Positions 18,936 through 27,903 of a stretch of 37,238 nucleotides of DNA are shown in pieces; positions within the stretch are counted from its first letter, which is position 1; each line of letters starts with the position of its first letter. Location of the stretch: the sequence record SRR2962707_3290, one strand, 5' to 3'. The notes beneath the pieces were generated by a model. It was not told the DNA's origin. It made no database searches and saw only the letters and a list, made by a program, of their open reading frames with translations. The translations under genes were made by a program, and so were the position numbers.

Positions 18936-19036
18936 CCCCGCGAACCTTCAATAAAATCCAGTCGATAGCGCGCGCCCGGCACTCTCCATAGTGCCGGCGT
19001 TGCTGCTTTTGCGAGCACGACCGTCCACAGGTCGCC

Positions 19037-19089
19037 TTGACTTCGTTGTGACGATGCGTAATTATGAACACTACGTTGATATTTGAACA
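19037..19089 (+). promoter_or_regulatory. Promoter/operator of the transporter-monooxygenase operon (copy 2)
   Basis: TTGACT (19037-19042)-N17-AATTAT; 19054-19089 is the reverse complement of 17999-18034 with 3 differences. Confidence 0.75.
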
Positions 19090-19112
19090 CATCGGACGCA
19101 GAGGGGAACCGC

Positions 19113-19415
19113 ATGGATGTTTTCAAGGACCGGCTCTCGCAGAGGGCCAAGGACACCACGCGTGCGGAACTGGCGCACCAGTCCCTTGGCCGCAACCTGA
19201 CGGGAAGCGAAAAGGCCCTGGCGGTCGCGCTGATGGACATTATGGCGGCCCCGCAACACGACTACGCGCAGATCGCCGCCGAAATGACCAAGCGCGGCAT
19301 CACAGCCCCGGCCTCGGGCCGGACCGACTGGGACGCGGCGCTCCTCGAAAAGGAGTTGAGCACCCTCAACAAAAATCTGGACGAGGCATATGCGGAAAAC
19401 GGCTATGGCGCTTGA
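19113..19415 (+). CDS. Small (100 aa) helical protein resembling recombinase-like HTH domain proteins
   Basis: GAGGGG RBS; 'YAQIAAEMTKRGITAPASGRTDWDAALL' resembles the recombinase DNA-binding pattern IA..L...G...P.G..W; overlaps the ATPase start. Confidence 0.65.
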   Translation: MDVFKDRLSQRAKDTTRAELAHQSLGRNLTGSEKALAVALMDIMAAPQHDYAQIAAEMTKRGITAPASGRTDWDAALLEKELSTLNKNLDEAYAENGYGA

Positions 19416-20181
19416 GTTCCGCGGGGTCGAAAAGCAGTTCGGAAACGACAAGTCCGGCACCGAGGTCCTGACTGCGGTCAAGGACATCAACTTTACGGTC
19501 AAGCGCGGAGAGTTCGTGTCGGTGGTTGGCCCCTCGGGCTGCGGCAAGAGCACGATTCTGAGCATGACGGCCGGGCTCTATAAGCCCACAAAAGGCGAGG
19601 TGCTGGTGAGCGGGGAGACAGTTGTCGGCCCCAACTCGCACGTAGGTTTCATGCTCCAGAAAGACCTGCTGCTGCCCTGGCGTTCCATCGTCAAGAACGT
19701 GGAATTCGGGCTCGAGGCCAGGGGCGTTCCGGCCAGAGCGCGCCGCGAGCGCGCCATGGCCGAACTCGAACGCTGTCACCTCAAAGGCTTCGAGAACCAT
19801 TATCCCTACCAGCTGTCGGGCGGAATGCGGCAGCGCGCTGCCCTGGCCCGCACGTTGGCGATCGACCCCGACATCATCCTGCTCGATGAGCCATTCTCCG
19901 CTCTCGACGCCCAGACCAAGCTGCTGATCCAGAACAGCTTTGCCAAGACCATCCAGGATGCGGGCATCACCACGCTGCTGATTACCCACGACCTGTCGGA
20001 AGCCGTCATCATGTCCGACAGGGTGTTGGTCCTGTCCGAGCGGCCCGGCACCATCATTCACGAGCTTTCTGTCGATATCCCCGACAGAGGACAACCCCTG
20101 GCCCGGCGGCAGGTGCCGCAGGTCCACGGTTATGCTGCGCAGATTTTCGATCTGCTCAAACTCAATGAGCGAGCCGCCTGA
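19405..20181 (+). CDS. NitT/TauT-type ABC ATP-binding protein
   Basis: GPSGCGKS, LLPWRS, LSGGMRQR, LLDEPFSALD. Confidence 0.93.
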   Translation: MALEFRGVEKQFGNDKSGTEVLTAVKDINFTVKRGEFVSVVGPSGCGKSTILSMTAGLYKPTKGEVLVSGETVVGPNSHVGFMLQKDLLLPWRSIVKNVEFGLEARGVPARARRERAMAELERCHLKGFENHYPYQLSGGMRQRAALARTLAIDPDIILLDEPFSALDAQTKLLIQNSFAKTIQDAGITTLLITHDLSEAVIMSDRVLVLSERPGTIIHELSVDIPDRGQPLARRQVPQVHGYAAQIFDLLKLNERAA

Positions 20182-20215
20182 GGGGGTGGACGCAAAATAA
20201 AAGGAAGGACCATCA

Positions 20216-21193
20216 ATGAACCGCGCCTCACTTTCGCTGCTGCTGGCCGGCAGCATCGCCCTTTCGGCAAGTGCCGTCCAAGGGCAGGAGAGCTTGACCT
20301 ACCTCTTCCCGGCACCGGACTTTCTCCCCGCCTTCGCGCCCTTCCAGCTGGCGCTCCACAAAGGCTACTACGAGGAAGAAGGGCTAGACGTCGAGTTCCG
20401 CGTCGGCCAGGGCGGTGCGGACGTCGCCACCCAGATCGCCGTCGGCAATGTGGACATGGGCGGCGGCATGGGCGACACGGCCATGATCGTGCGCCCCAAC
20501 GGGCTTGAAGTGCGCGGTGTCGCGCTGCTCGGTGGCAAGGGGCTGACCCACATCGCCTGGCGCAACGACAGCGGCATCGAAAGCGTCGCCGATCTCGAAG
20601 GCGAGTCCATCGCCGTGATCAGCTTTCAGGACACCGCCTATTACAACCTGCTTGCCGTGCTGGCCGGCGAGGGCATTGGCCGTCCCGATGCCGACATTCA
20701 GGCGCTCGGTTCAGGCGGGCTTATCCAGGCCATGATCGCCGACGGCGTGCAGGCCATGTCGGGCGTGCCCGAATGGATCGTGAGCATCCAGGATGCCGGC
20801 GTGGACCTGACAGTCATGCCTGTGAGCGATCTGTTCCCGGCGCAGCCGCAGGCCATCATTGCGTCCGATCAGTTCATCGCGGAACACCCCGACCAGGCCG
20901 CGGGCTTCGTGCGTGCGACGCTGCGTGCAATCGAAGACATCGTTGCCGATCCCGCGGCCGCCGCGCAGGAATATGTGGGCTTCGTGGACCAGCATGCCGA
21001 GAACGTCGAGCAGATCGAGCGCGTCATGCGGTTCTACGTCGAGAGCGTCTATGCCGAGATGGATGGGCTGCCGCGCGGCGCGTTCAACGAGGAGCAGCTC
21101 CTCGAAATCCAGGATTTCTATATGGCCAACGACATCATCACCGAAGCGGTGCCGATCGAGGACGTCTATACCAATCAGTTCGTGACCGAATAG
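20216..21193 (+). CDS. NMT1/THI5/SsuA-type ABC substrate-binding protein
   Basis: Signal peptide; 'ALHKGYYEEEGLDVEF', C-terminal YTNQFV; AAGGA RBS. Confidence 0.88.
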   Translation: MNRASLSLLLAGSIALSASAVQGQESLTYLFPAPDFLPAFAPFQLALHKGYYEEEGLDVEFRVGQGGADVATQIAVGNVDMGGGMGDTAMIVRPNGLEVRGVALLGGKGLTHIAWRNDSGIESVADLEGESIAVISFQDTAYYNLLAVLAGEGIGRPDADIQALGSGGLIQAMIADGVQAMSGVPEWIVSIQDAGVDLTVMPVSDLFPAQPQAIIASDQFIAEHPDQAAGFVRATLRAIEDIVADPAAAAQEYVGFVDQHAENVEQIERVMRFYVESVYAEMDGLPRGAFNEEQLLEIQDFYMANDIITEAVPIEDVYTNQFVTE

Positions 21194-21206
21194 CAGACCC
21201 TGCGCT

Positions 21207-21237
21207 GTCGCGGCCTTGCCATCGGCAGGGCCGCGGC
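21207..21237 (+). other. Intergenic stem-loop after SBP gene
   Basis: GCGGCCTTGCC-ATC-GGCAGGGCCGC stem, no U tract. Confidence 0.5.
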
Positions 21238-21284
21238 CTTCGGGCGCGATGCGCCCATCCTCACCTGTTTCAAGGGCAGCAAAA

Positions 21285-22097
21285 ATGAGTTCCACCGCCG
21301 TTGACGCCCCCGTATCAAGCGCGCGCCCCGCTTTCATGCAGCCGCATGTACTGATTGGGCTGGCCATTTTGGCTGTCGTGCTGCTGATCTGGGAATTTTT
21401 GCCGCCCGCGATTGGCGTGCCCCGCTTCATCATCCCAACAATCAGCGACATGGTCGCAGAACTGGGCCGGATGTACCGGCGCGAAGACCTGATCGCCAAC
21501 ATCGCATCGACGGCCCTCTATACAGTGCTCGGCTTTGCCATCGGCTCGCTGCTCGGCGCCGTGATGGGGTATCTTCTGGGGTTGTCGAGCTTCTGGGAAA
21601 AGGTGCTCTCCCCCTACATTCTGGCCCTCCAGATCGCGCCAAAGGTGGCGTTTGCGCCGCTGTTCATCATGTGGTTCGGCTACAATGCAACGCCAAAACT
21701 TCTGGTGACGGTGCTGATCGTCTTCTTCCCGGTACTGGTCAATGTGCTGGCGGCCATGAAGACCGTCGATCGCGACATGGTCAATCTGGCCCGCGCCTAC
21801 AATCTGAGCCGGTGGCAGATCTTCCTCAAGGTCGAGTTCCCCTCGACCCTCCCAAACCTTCTCGCAGGGCTGCGGATTTCTTCGACCTTGGCAGTGATCG
21901 GGGTTACCGTCGGCGAACTGGTGGGCGGCAATACGGGGCTGGGTTTCCTGATCGCTTATGGCGGCGGGCAGGCCAATGCAGCAATGGTGTTCAACGCCAT
22001 CATCCTGCTCACCCTTATCGGCATCGCGCTCTACAGCGTCCTGGCCTGGGCCGAGGAGCGTCTGCTCCACTACATTCCCACTTCGCACACCTCGTGA
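21285..22097 (+). CDS. NitT/TauT-type ABC permease
   Basis: PKVAFAPLFIMWFG, FFPV, GELVGGNTGLG. Confidence 0.92.
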   Translation: MSSTAVDAPVSSARPAFMQPHVLIGLAILAVVLLIWEFLPPAIGVPRFIIPTISDMVAELGRMYRREDLIANIASTALYTVLGFAIGSLLGAVMGYLLGLSSFWEKVLSPYILALQIAPKVAFAPLFIMWFGYNATPKLLVTVLIVFFPVLVNVLAAMKTVDRDMVNLARAYNLSRWQIFLKVEFPSTLPNLLAGLRISSTLAVIGVTVGELVGGNTGLGFLIAYGGGQANAAMVFNAIILLTLIGIALYSVLAWAEERLLHYIPTSHTS

Positions 22098-22137
22098 ACG
22101 GGCGGCCAGCCGCCAAAGCATCAAGAAGACCAAGACA

Positions 22138-23271
22138 ATGGATCAATTTGAAATTGCCATCTGCGGTGGCGGCGTAGGCGGTCTGGCCTGCGCGCTGGCG
22201 CTGATCAAAGCCGGGCACAAGGTAACGGTATTTGAACGCGCCGAACAGTTTCTGCGCATCGGCGCCGACGTCAATCTGACGCCCAATGCCGTCAAGGCAC
22301 TGGACGGGCTCGGGATCGGTGAGGCGTTGCGCAAAACCGCTGCCCGCCCTGCTTACCGCATCAGCCGCACCTGGGACACCGGCGAAGAAACCTCGCGCCT
22401 GCCTATGAGCAAAGCGGCGGAGGAAAAATACGGAGCTCCCCAACTTACCATCCACCGTGGCGACTTGTTGCAGGCGATGGAAGCCGCGATCGACCCGGCC
22501 GCCATTCGGCTCGGACGCCAGGTGGTTTCGGTCGAAACCGGGGGCGAACGGCCGGCTGTCGTATTCGCAGACGGAAAAACCGAGAGCTTTGATCTGGTCA
22601 TCGGCGCCGATGGCATTCATTCGGCCGTCCGCACGAGCCTGTTCGGAGCCGACGCCCCCGAATTTACCGGCCTTGTCTCCTATCGCGCCGTCATAGAGAG
22701 CAAGGATGTGGACGTCCCCAATCTCGATTGTTTCACCAAATGGTGGGGTGCGACCCCGGACATGCAGGTCGTCACCTTCCCGCTGTTGCGCGGTGAAGAG
22801 CTTTTCATCTTCGCTACGACCTCACAGCCGGAATGGACGGCTGAAAGCTGGACAATGCCGGGCGATGTTGAAGAACTGCGGGCCATCTACGCAGGCTTCC
22901 ATCCTGAAGTGCAGCAGATCCTTGCCGCGTGCACCAGCGTAACCAAATCGGCGCTTTACGTGCGCCAGCCATTCACGAACTGGAGCCGCGGCGGCGTGAC
23001 GATCCTCGGGGACGCCGCACACCCCATGGTGCCGTTCATGGCCCAGGGCGCCTGCATGGCCATCGAGGACGCGATCGTCCTCACGCGATCGCTGCAGGGC
23101 GCGTCCCTGGCCGAAATTCCGCTGCGGCTCAATGTTTACGAGCAATTGCGCAAGCCCCGCACCAGCCAGGTGCAGGAAGGCTCCCGGGCCAACAACTGGC
23201 TCAAGGGCCAGGGCAACGCAGACTGGGTTTACAGTTACGATGCCTGGGGGCTGGCCATTCCAGCGGCCTGA
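22138..23271 (+). CDS. Group A FAD-dependent monooxygenase (salicylate hydroxylase / 6-hydroxynicotinate 3-monooxygenase family)
   Basis: GGGVGG, GADGIHS (DG motif), LGDAAHPMVPFMAQGACMAIED (GD motif). Confidence 0.9.
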   Translation: MDQFEIAICGGGVGGLACALALIKAGHKVTVFERAEQFLRIGADVNLTPNAVKALDGLGIGEALRKTAARPAYRISRTWDTGEETSRLPMSKAAEEKYGAPQLTIHRGDLLQAMEAAIDPAAIRLGRQVVSVETGGERPAVVFADGKTESFDLVIGADGIHSAVRTSLFGADAPEFTGLVSYRAVIESKDVDVPNLDCFTKWWGATPDMQVVTFPLLRGEELFIFATTSQPEWTAESWTMPGDVEELRAIYAGFHPEVQQILAACTSVTKSALYVRQPFTNWSRGGVTILGDAAHPMVPFMAQGACMAIEDAIVLTRSLQGASLAEIPLRLNVYEQLRKPRTSQVQEGSRANNWLKGQGNADWVYSYDAWGLAIPAA

Positions 23272-23284
23272 CCTCGAACTGAAT

Positions 23285-23320
23285 AAAGAAAGGCCCGGTG
23301 CATGACCGGGCCTTTTTTTG
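23285..23320. terminator. Bidirectional rho-independent terminator
   Basis: AAAGGCCCGGT-GCATG-ACCGGGCCTTTTTTT between convergent genes. Confidence 0.88.
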
Positions 23321-23326
23321 TTGACT

Positions 23327-24100
23327 TCAGATGGTCGCTGGACGGGCGCTTTCGTGCCAGGGGATCAGGACCCTGCGCAACGATCCGACAAGGAAATAGA
23401 GCGCAAACCCGATCAGTGCCAGCACGATCACCACGGCAAACAGGCTGCCGACCTGGAGTTCTTGCAGCTTGATGGTGGCCAGATACCCCAGCCCCCGCGA
23501 GCCGGCCATGAATTCGGCAACGACGGCACCGATGATCGACAGCACTATGGCCATTTCCATGCCGGTCAGGATGTAGGGAAGCGAACTGGGCAGCACCAGC
23601 TTGGTGAACCGGCGGTCGCGCGTCGCCTTGCCCACTTCGAACAATTCGACCAGCCCCCGGTCGACCGAGCGCGCGCCAAGATAGGTGTTGGCAAACACAG
23701 GGAAGAACGCGAGCACGGCCGAGACAATGACCTTGGATTCCAGCCCGAACCCGAACCAGAGGATAAAGAGCGGGATCAGGGCCACCTTCGGTGTCACCTG
23801 CAGTGCAATGACGAACGGCTTGAAAATCGTATCGAGCATCGCGTTGCGCCCAAGCAGCATGCCCAGCGTTACGCCAGCAATACAGGCAAAGACAAATCCG
23901 CCCAGACATTCAAGCAGGGTAACGTAGAGATGCGGCCAGATCTCGCCGCTGGCGAACAATCCGAACAGCGCGACGAAAACCTCTTCGGGAGGCGGAAGAA
24001 CCAGTGTCGAGACCTCGAACGCCTCGACGTAGAACTTCCAGATGGCAAAAAAGCCGATAACGGCAGCGGCCTGAATGAGATAGCGTTGCGATCTAGGCAT
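23327..24100 (-). CDS. NitT/TauT-type ABC permease
   Basis: PKVALIPLFILWFG, FFPV, GAVVAEFMAGSRGLG. Confidence 0.92.
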   Translation of the reverse strand: MPRSQRYLIQAAAVIGFFAIWKFYVEAFEVSTLVLPPPEEVFVALFGLFASGEIWPHLYVTLLECLGGFVFACIAGVTLGMLLGRNAMLDTIFKPFVIALQVTPKVALIPLFILWFGFGLESKVIVSAVLAFFPVFANTYLGARSVDRGLVELFEVGKATRDRRFTKLVLPSSLPYILTGMEMAIVLSIIGAVVAEFMAGSRGLGYLATIKLQELQVGSLFAVVIVLALIGFALYFLVGSLRRVLIPWHESARPATI

Positions 24101-24899
24101 GGTCTGGGTCCTGCAGCTTGGCGCGGATTTCGTTGACCAGCGCATTGTATCGGTCCGAACCAACCAATGCGGTGCGCGGGCGCGGCAGATCGATATCGAC
24201 GATATGGGTCACCCGACCCGGACGCGGCGACATGACGAACACCCGGTCGGCGAGGTGAACCGCTTCAGCGATCGAATGGGTGATCAACAACGCCGTGAAA
24301 CGCTGATTGAGCCAGATTTCCTCGGTGTCGCCAGTGATCTTTTCCCGCGTCAGGGCGTCCAGAGCGCCGAACGGCTCGTCCAGCAGCAAAAGGTCAGGTT
24401 CGGGAAACAGGGCGCGGGCCACCGAGGCGCGCTGCCGCATGCCCCCCGAAAGTTCAGCCGGCTTGGATTTGATGAATGCCTCGAGCCCAACCAGCCGGGC
24501 CAGCTGCAGGGCGCGATCCCGGTCTGCCGCTGATGCTTTGCGGCGCATCGTGGCGGGCAGCATGATGTTGTTGAGCACCGAACTCCAGGGCAGCAGACGG
24601 TGCTCCTGAAAGGCCACCGAGCTTTGGCCCGCTTGGCCATCTGCCCATGTGATGGTCCCGGCGGTGGGCTTGTCCAGCCCGGCCAGCAGCCGTAAGAGCG
24701 TGGATTTTCCGCACCCCGAAGGGCCAACGATAGCGACGAATTCACCCTTCCCGACGGTCATGTCGATGCCATCGAGGGCCGTAACGCCACTGGGCCCCGA
24801 CCCGAAGACACGCCGCACCCCATCGATTGCGAGGAGCGGCGGCCGTTCCCCGGCGACGACTGGCGTCACCGGAGACTTTGCCAGAGGCTCAGCCGGCAT
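24093..24899 (-). CDS. NitT/TauT-type ABC ATP-binding protein
   Basis: GPSGCGKS, LSGGMRQR, LLDEPFGALD. Confidence 0.92.
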   Translation of the reverse strand: MPAEPLAKSPVTPVVAGERPPLLAIDGVRRVFGSGPSGVTALDGIDMTVGKGEFVAIVGPSGCGKSTLLRLLAGLDKPTAGTITWADGQAGQSSVAFQEHRLLPWSSVLNNIMLPATMRRKASAADRDRALQLARLVGLEAFIKSKPAELSGGMRQRASVARALFPEPDLLLLDEPFGALDALTREKITGDTEEIWLNQRFTALLITHSIAEAVHLADRVFVMSPRPGRVTHIVDIDLPRPRTALVGSDRYNALVNEIRAKLQDPDHA

Positions 24900-25905
24900 T
24901 GGCTGCGTCCCAGATGGCGTTTGTGTAAAGATCCAGCTCGGTTTCCGATTGAAGCGAACCGGCCGCACGCAGCAGGGCTTCGCCCTCGTCCCATTGTTCG
25001 GGATCGTTGCGCAGGGCGTTCTCGGCGCCATTGGCAACCCAAAGATCGCGATTGCCCTTGAGATCGGCTATTGCCACTTCGGTATCGTCCGAGCCGGGAA
25101 TATCGAACTGGGAGCGCATGGATTCGATGACCGGCCCGAGATCGTCGCCGCGTTCGACCATATCCTGGATGGCGCGATACGCCCCGCGCATAAACGCGGT
25201 CAACTCGTCGGCCCGGTTGGTCAGTGTATCGTCATTGACCACATAGACCTGGCCCGGAATGCCGTCGCGCAGTGGCTCGATGGTGATCGGCAGACCTTCG
25301 GCCTGCAGACGGGTTGCCGTGCTGACATTACCGAAAAATCCGTCGAGGCGGCCCGCCTCGATCATACCGTACCCGGCAGGGGTGTCGGCAATACGCTCGC
25401 GGCGCACTTCGGCCGGGTCGATGCCGTTGCGGCGCAGCATGAGATCGAGTGTCGCTTCCATCGATCCGCCCAGTGATGCCATGCCGAGCGTGCGCCCGAC
25501 ATAGTCTTGCGGGTCGACGATGGGCGCAGCCTCCGGCGAGATCATAAAGAAGGGCGATGTCTGCGCGATCGTGGCGATGGCAACCACGGGAGCCGACTGC
25601 TCGACGCGTGCGATCATGTAGTTGGCGCCGCCCGTGCGGGACACGTCGACCTGCTGGGCAGCGACGAGCTGGATGGTCTGGGCGGCTCCACGCCCGCCCT
25701 CGACGTGAACATCAAGTCCCTCTTCGGCGAAATATCCGCCCGATTGACCGTACATTATTGCCGAAAAGGCCAGCGAAAAGCCCTGTGGCGTGAGAAAGAC
25801 CATGCGGCCGGTTTCCTGGGCGAAAACCTGGCCAAGTCCCATCCCGAGCCCCAATGACCCGGTGGTGAGCGCGGCAGCGCTCTGCAAGAATTGACGACGC
25901 TTCAA
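24889..25905 (-). CDS. NMT1/THI5-type substrate-binding protein with Tat signal
   Basis: TTG start, KRRQFL twin-arginine signal, GYFAEEGLDV, LYTN. Confidence 0.87.
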   Translation of the reverse strand: MKRRQFLQSAAALTTGSLGLGMGLGQVFAQETGRMVFLTPQGFSLAFSAIMYGQSGGYFAEEGLDVHVEGGRGAAQTIQLVAAQQVDVSRTGGANYMIARVEQSAPVVAIATIAQTSPFFMISPEAAPIVDPQDYVGRTLGMASLGGSMEATLDLMLRRNGIDPAEVRRERIADTPAGYGMIEAGRLDGFFGNVSTATRLQAEGLPITIEPLRDGIPGQVYVVNDDTLTNRADELTAFMRGAYRAIQDMVERGDDLGPVIESMRSQFDIPGSDDTEVAIADLKGNRDLWVANGAENALRNDPEQWDEGEALLRAAGSLQSETELDLYTNAIWDAANAG

Positions 25906-25922
25906 TATTCCTACCCCTTAGT

Positions 25923-25987
25923 TGTTCCATATATGAAACACGTGTTTCTACAAGGAAACGATAGGAGGCTTGTCATGGGACTGTCAA
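25923..25987 (-). promoter_or_regulatory. Promoter with tandem palindromic operator (probably for the adjacent IclR)
   Basis: TGTTCCATATATGAAACA (25923-25940) and TGTTTCTACAAGGAAACG (25943-25960); TTGACA at 25987-25982, N18, TATCGT. Confidence 0.65.
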
Positions 25988-26194
25988 GTTTACCTGCCGC
26001 CAGTTTCCACGCTTGTGACACTCTGATGCCGGGTGACGGTTCAGCTCTCCACCGCCTCTCTGACAACAGGCAGGCCCTCGGGGTGCGCCCACCCAAAACA
26101 AGTGTCTGAAATATAGTCCTTCGTGGAGGCACGCTTGCCGCTATATGCGCCTGGGATCGACGCCGGTCGCCCGGCAAGGGCTACGACCAATTGA

Positions 26195-27040
26195 CTAGAC
26201 GCCGGACAGCGCGGGCCGGCCGATTTCTTCGGTCGTGGCGAGCAGTCCGGCCAGCAAATCGGCCTCTTCAGCCTCGCCACGATTGAGCAGCCCGAAGCCC
26301 ACCACGGAAACGGCCGCAACAATATCGCCGTTTTCGTCGCGCACCGGCGCTGCCATGCTGTCCAGTCCGTTTTCGTAGATCGAGCGGCCCTTGACGTAGC
26401 CCCGGTCGCGATCCTCGCCCAATTGGGTAGCCAGTTCCGAAATGGTGCGCGCCGTTGTCCGCGTGAAAGCGGGCAATTCCGCATCGCTGCCAAACAGGGC
26501 AGCAAGCGTTTCCTCGGTGCTGTCCATCAACAGCGCCCGACCCAGCGTGGTCGCGTGTACAGGCAGGCGGGCGCCGACCTGAACATTGCCGGTCATCGCA
26601 TCCGGCGCGGCAAAGCGCATGAGATAGACGACATGAGGGCCGTCCCGGCGCGCCAGGTGTACCGAACCCCCGGTGCGGTCCCGCAGCCGCCGCAGCGGCA
26701 TTTCGGCCCTGTCGATGACGTCCATGGAAGAGAGCAGGGCATAGCCGAGCGAAAGCACCGGCGTGCCCAGATCGTATCGTTCGTCTTCGCTGCTCTTTTT
26801 AAGAAACCCCAGGCTCTCAAGCGTATAGACGAGACGGAACGCGGTGGCGCGTGGCAGGCCCAGCAGCGCGGTAATTTCAGACAGGCTCAGGCGCGGCCGG
26901 TCGCGGCGGAAGAGCGAAAGAACGGCCAGACCACGGTGCAGTGCAGGAACGACGTAATTGGGATTGGGGCGGCTGCCGTCTTCCCGGCTCAAAGGCAGAA
27001 TGTGAGAGGCCCCCGCAGTGTCGATCCTGTTGTCGTCCAT
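26195..27040 (-). CDS. IclR family transcriptional regulator
   Basis: YVVPALHRGLAVL, PRATAFRLVYTL, GARLPVHATTLGRALL, SMAAPV. Confidence 0.93.
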   Translation of the reverse strand: MDDNRIDTAGASHILPLSREDGSRPNPNYVVPALHRGLAVLSLFRRDRPRLSLSEITALLGLPRATAFRLVYTLESLGFLKKSSEDERYDLGTPVLSLGYALLSSMDVIDRAEMPLRRLRDRTGGSVHLARRDGPHVVYLMRFAAPDAMTGNVQVGARLPVHATTLGRALLMDSTEETLAALFGSDAELPAFTRTTARTISELATQLGEDRDRGYVKGRSIYENGLDSMAAPVRDENGDIVAAVSVVGFGLLNRGEAEEADLLAGLLATTEEIGRPALSGV

Positions 27041-27372
27041 TCCTTGCCCCTCAGTGTTGCCCCAAGCTCGCGAGCATCCTACCCCGCCCCTGTAGCAAAG
27101 CCAAAAGGGCAAACAAAACCGTTTTTGTCAGTTTTTGACGAAGACGAGTACCTTGATGGCTGCTCGCCCGCCATGGTGCCAGAACTCAGCGAGCTTTCAC
27201 AAAATCGATCTGCGGCGCTCCATGGTGGTGGGGCGGTGAAGAGCTCGCCTGCCTTCGCCCCGGCGCGTTCGCTAACGGCATGCGCAGGCCGAGCACAATT
27301 AACACGCCAAATCACACGATCCTTTCCACGCTCGCTACAACGCCGGGCTGAAATCGGTATGCGCAGAAGATC

Positions 27373-27412
27373 AACAAAACCACGGGCATGCTCGCGTGCC
27401 CGGTTTTTTGTT
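27373..27412 (+). terminator. Terminator-like hairpin with T tract
   Basis: CGGGCATGC-TC-GCGTGCCCG followed by GTTTTTT; A-rich 5' flank. Confidence 0.55.
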
Positions 27413-27439
27413 CCATTTTTACCTCCGATGCCGAGAGAG

Positions 27440-27802
27440 TGGGGCGTCATTCCAATGACGGGTTCGATCAAGGGCCTGCTCGTCCGCGCCTCCTGTATTG
27501 GTCAGTTCGATCTGGCATATACGGCGGGCGTTTACGACTATTTGCCTGACGGGCTGGCCGTTTTGCTCACGAAACGGATGCTTGAACTGGTGAAACCGGG
27601 CGGAGAGTTTCTCTTTGCCAATTTCAGCACCGAGGTCATCCCCGCCGGCTACATGGAAACGTTTATGAACTGGAGTCTCATCTTCAGGGACGAAGCCCAA
27701 ATGCGAAAGATCGCGCGCGCGGCGCTGGGCGTTGGCGACGAGATGGATATCTTTTTCGGTGAAAACCGCCACATCGTCTACGCCAGGATCCGCAAGGCCT
27801 AG
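27440..27802 (+). pseudogene. 5'-truncated class I SAM-dependent methyltransferase (C-terminal ~120 aa only)
   Basis: FDLAYTAGVYDYL, LVKPGGEFLFANF, YMETFMNWSLIFRDE present; glycine-rich motif I absent; upstream in-frame sequence is intergenic or antisense to IclR. Confidence 0.7.
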
Positions 27803-27903
27803 AGCAATTCCAGGAAAAGTGGATACCGGTTTTCCGTCCGGAATTGCGTAAAAACAAAGAGATAGAGCGATTTCGCAATTCAAAGAACGCGGAAACGCTC
27901 TAA
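27799..27903. repeat. 105-bp Rhizobiales palindromic interspersed element (Bru-RS/RIME-like)
   Basis: Terminal IR TAGAGC...GCTCTA; internal hairpins GCAATTCC..GGAAAA..TTTTCC..GGAATTGC and TAGAGCG..CGCTCTA joined by an AAAACAAAGAGA linker. Confidence 0.75.

Noticed and set aside
17999-19415. Invertible phase-variation switch (inverted repeats around iclR next to a recombinase-like gene)
   Set aside because: The small protein has no catalytic domain, inversion would only swap two equivalent -35 boxes, and shared operators explain the repeats more simply. Mixed orientations in long reads would revive the idea.
26423-27802. 459-aa plus-strand ORF
   Set aside because: Chimeric open frame: antisense to IclR, then intergenic sequence; only the last ~120 aa look like protein
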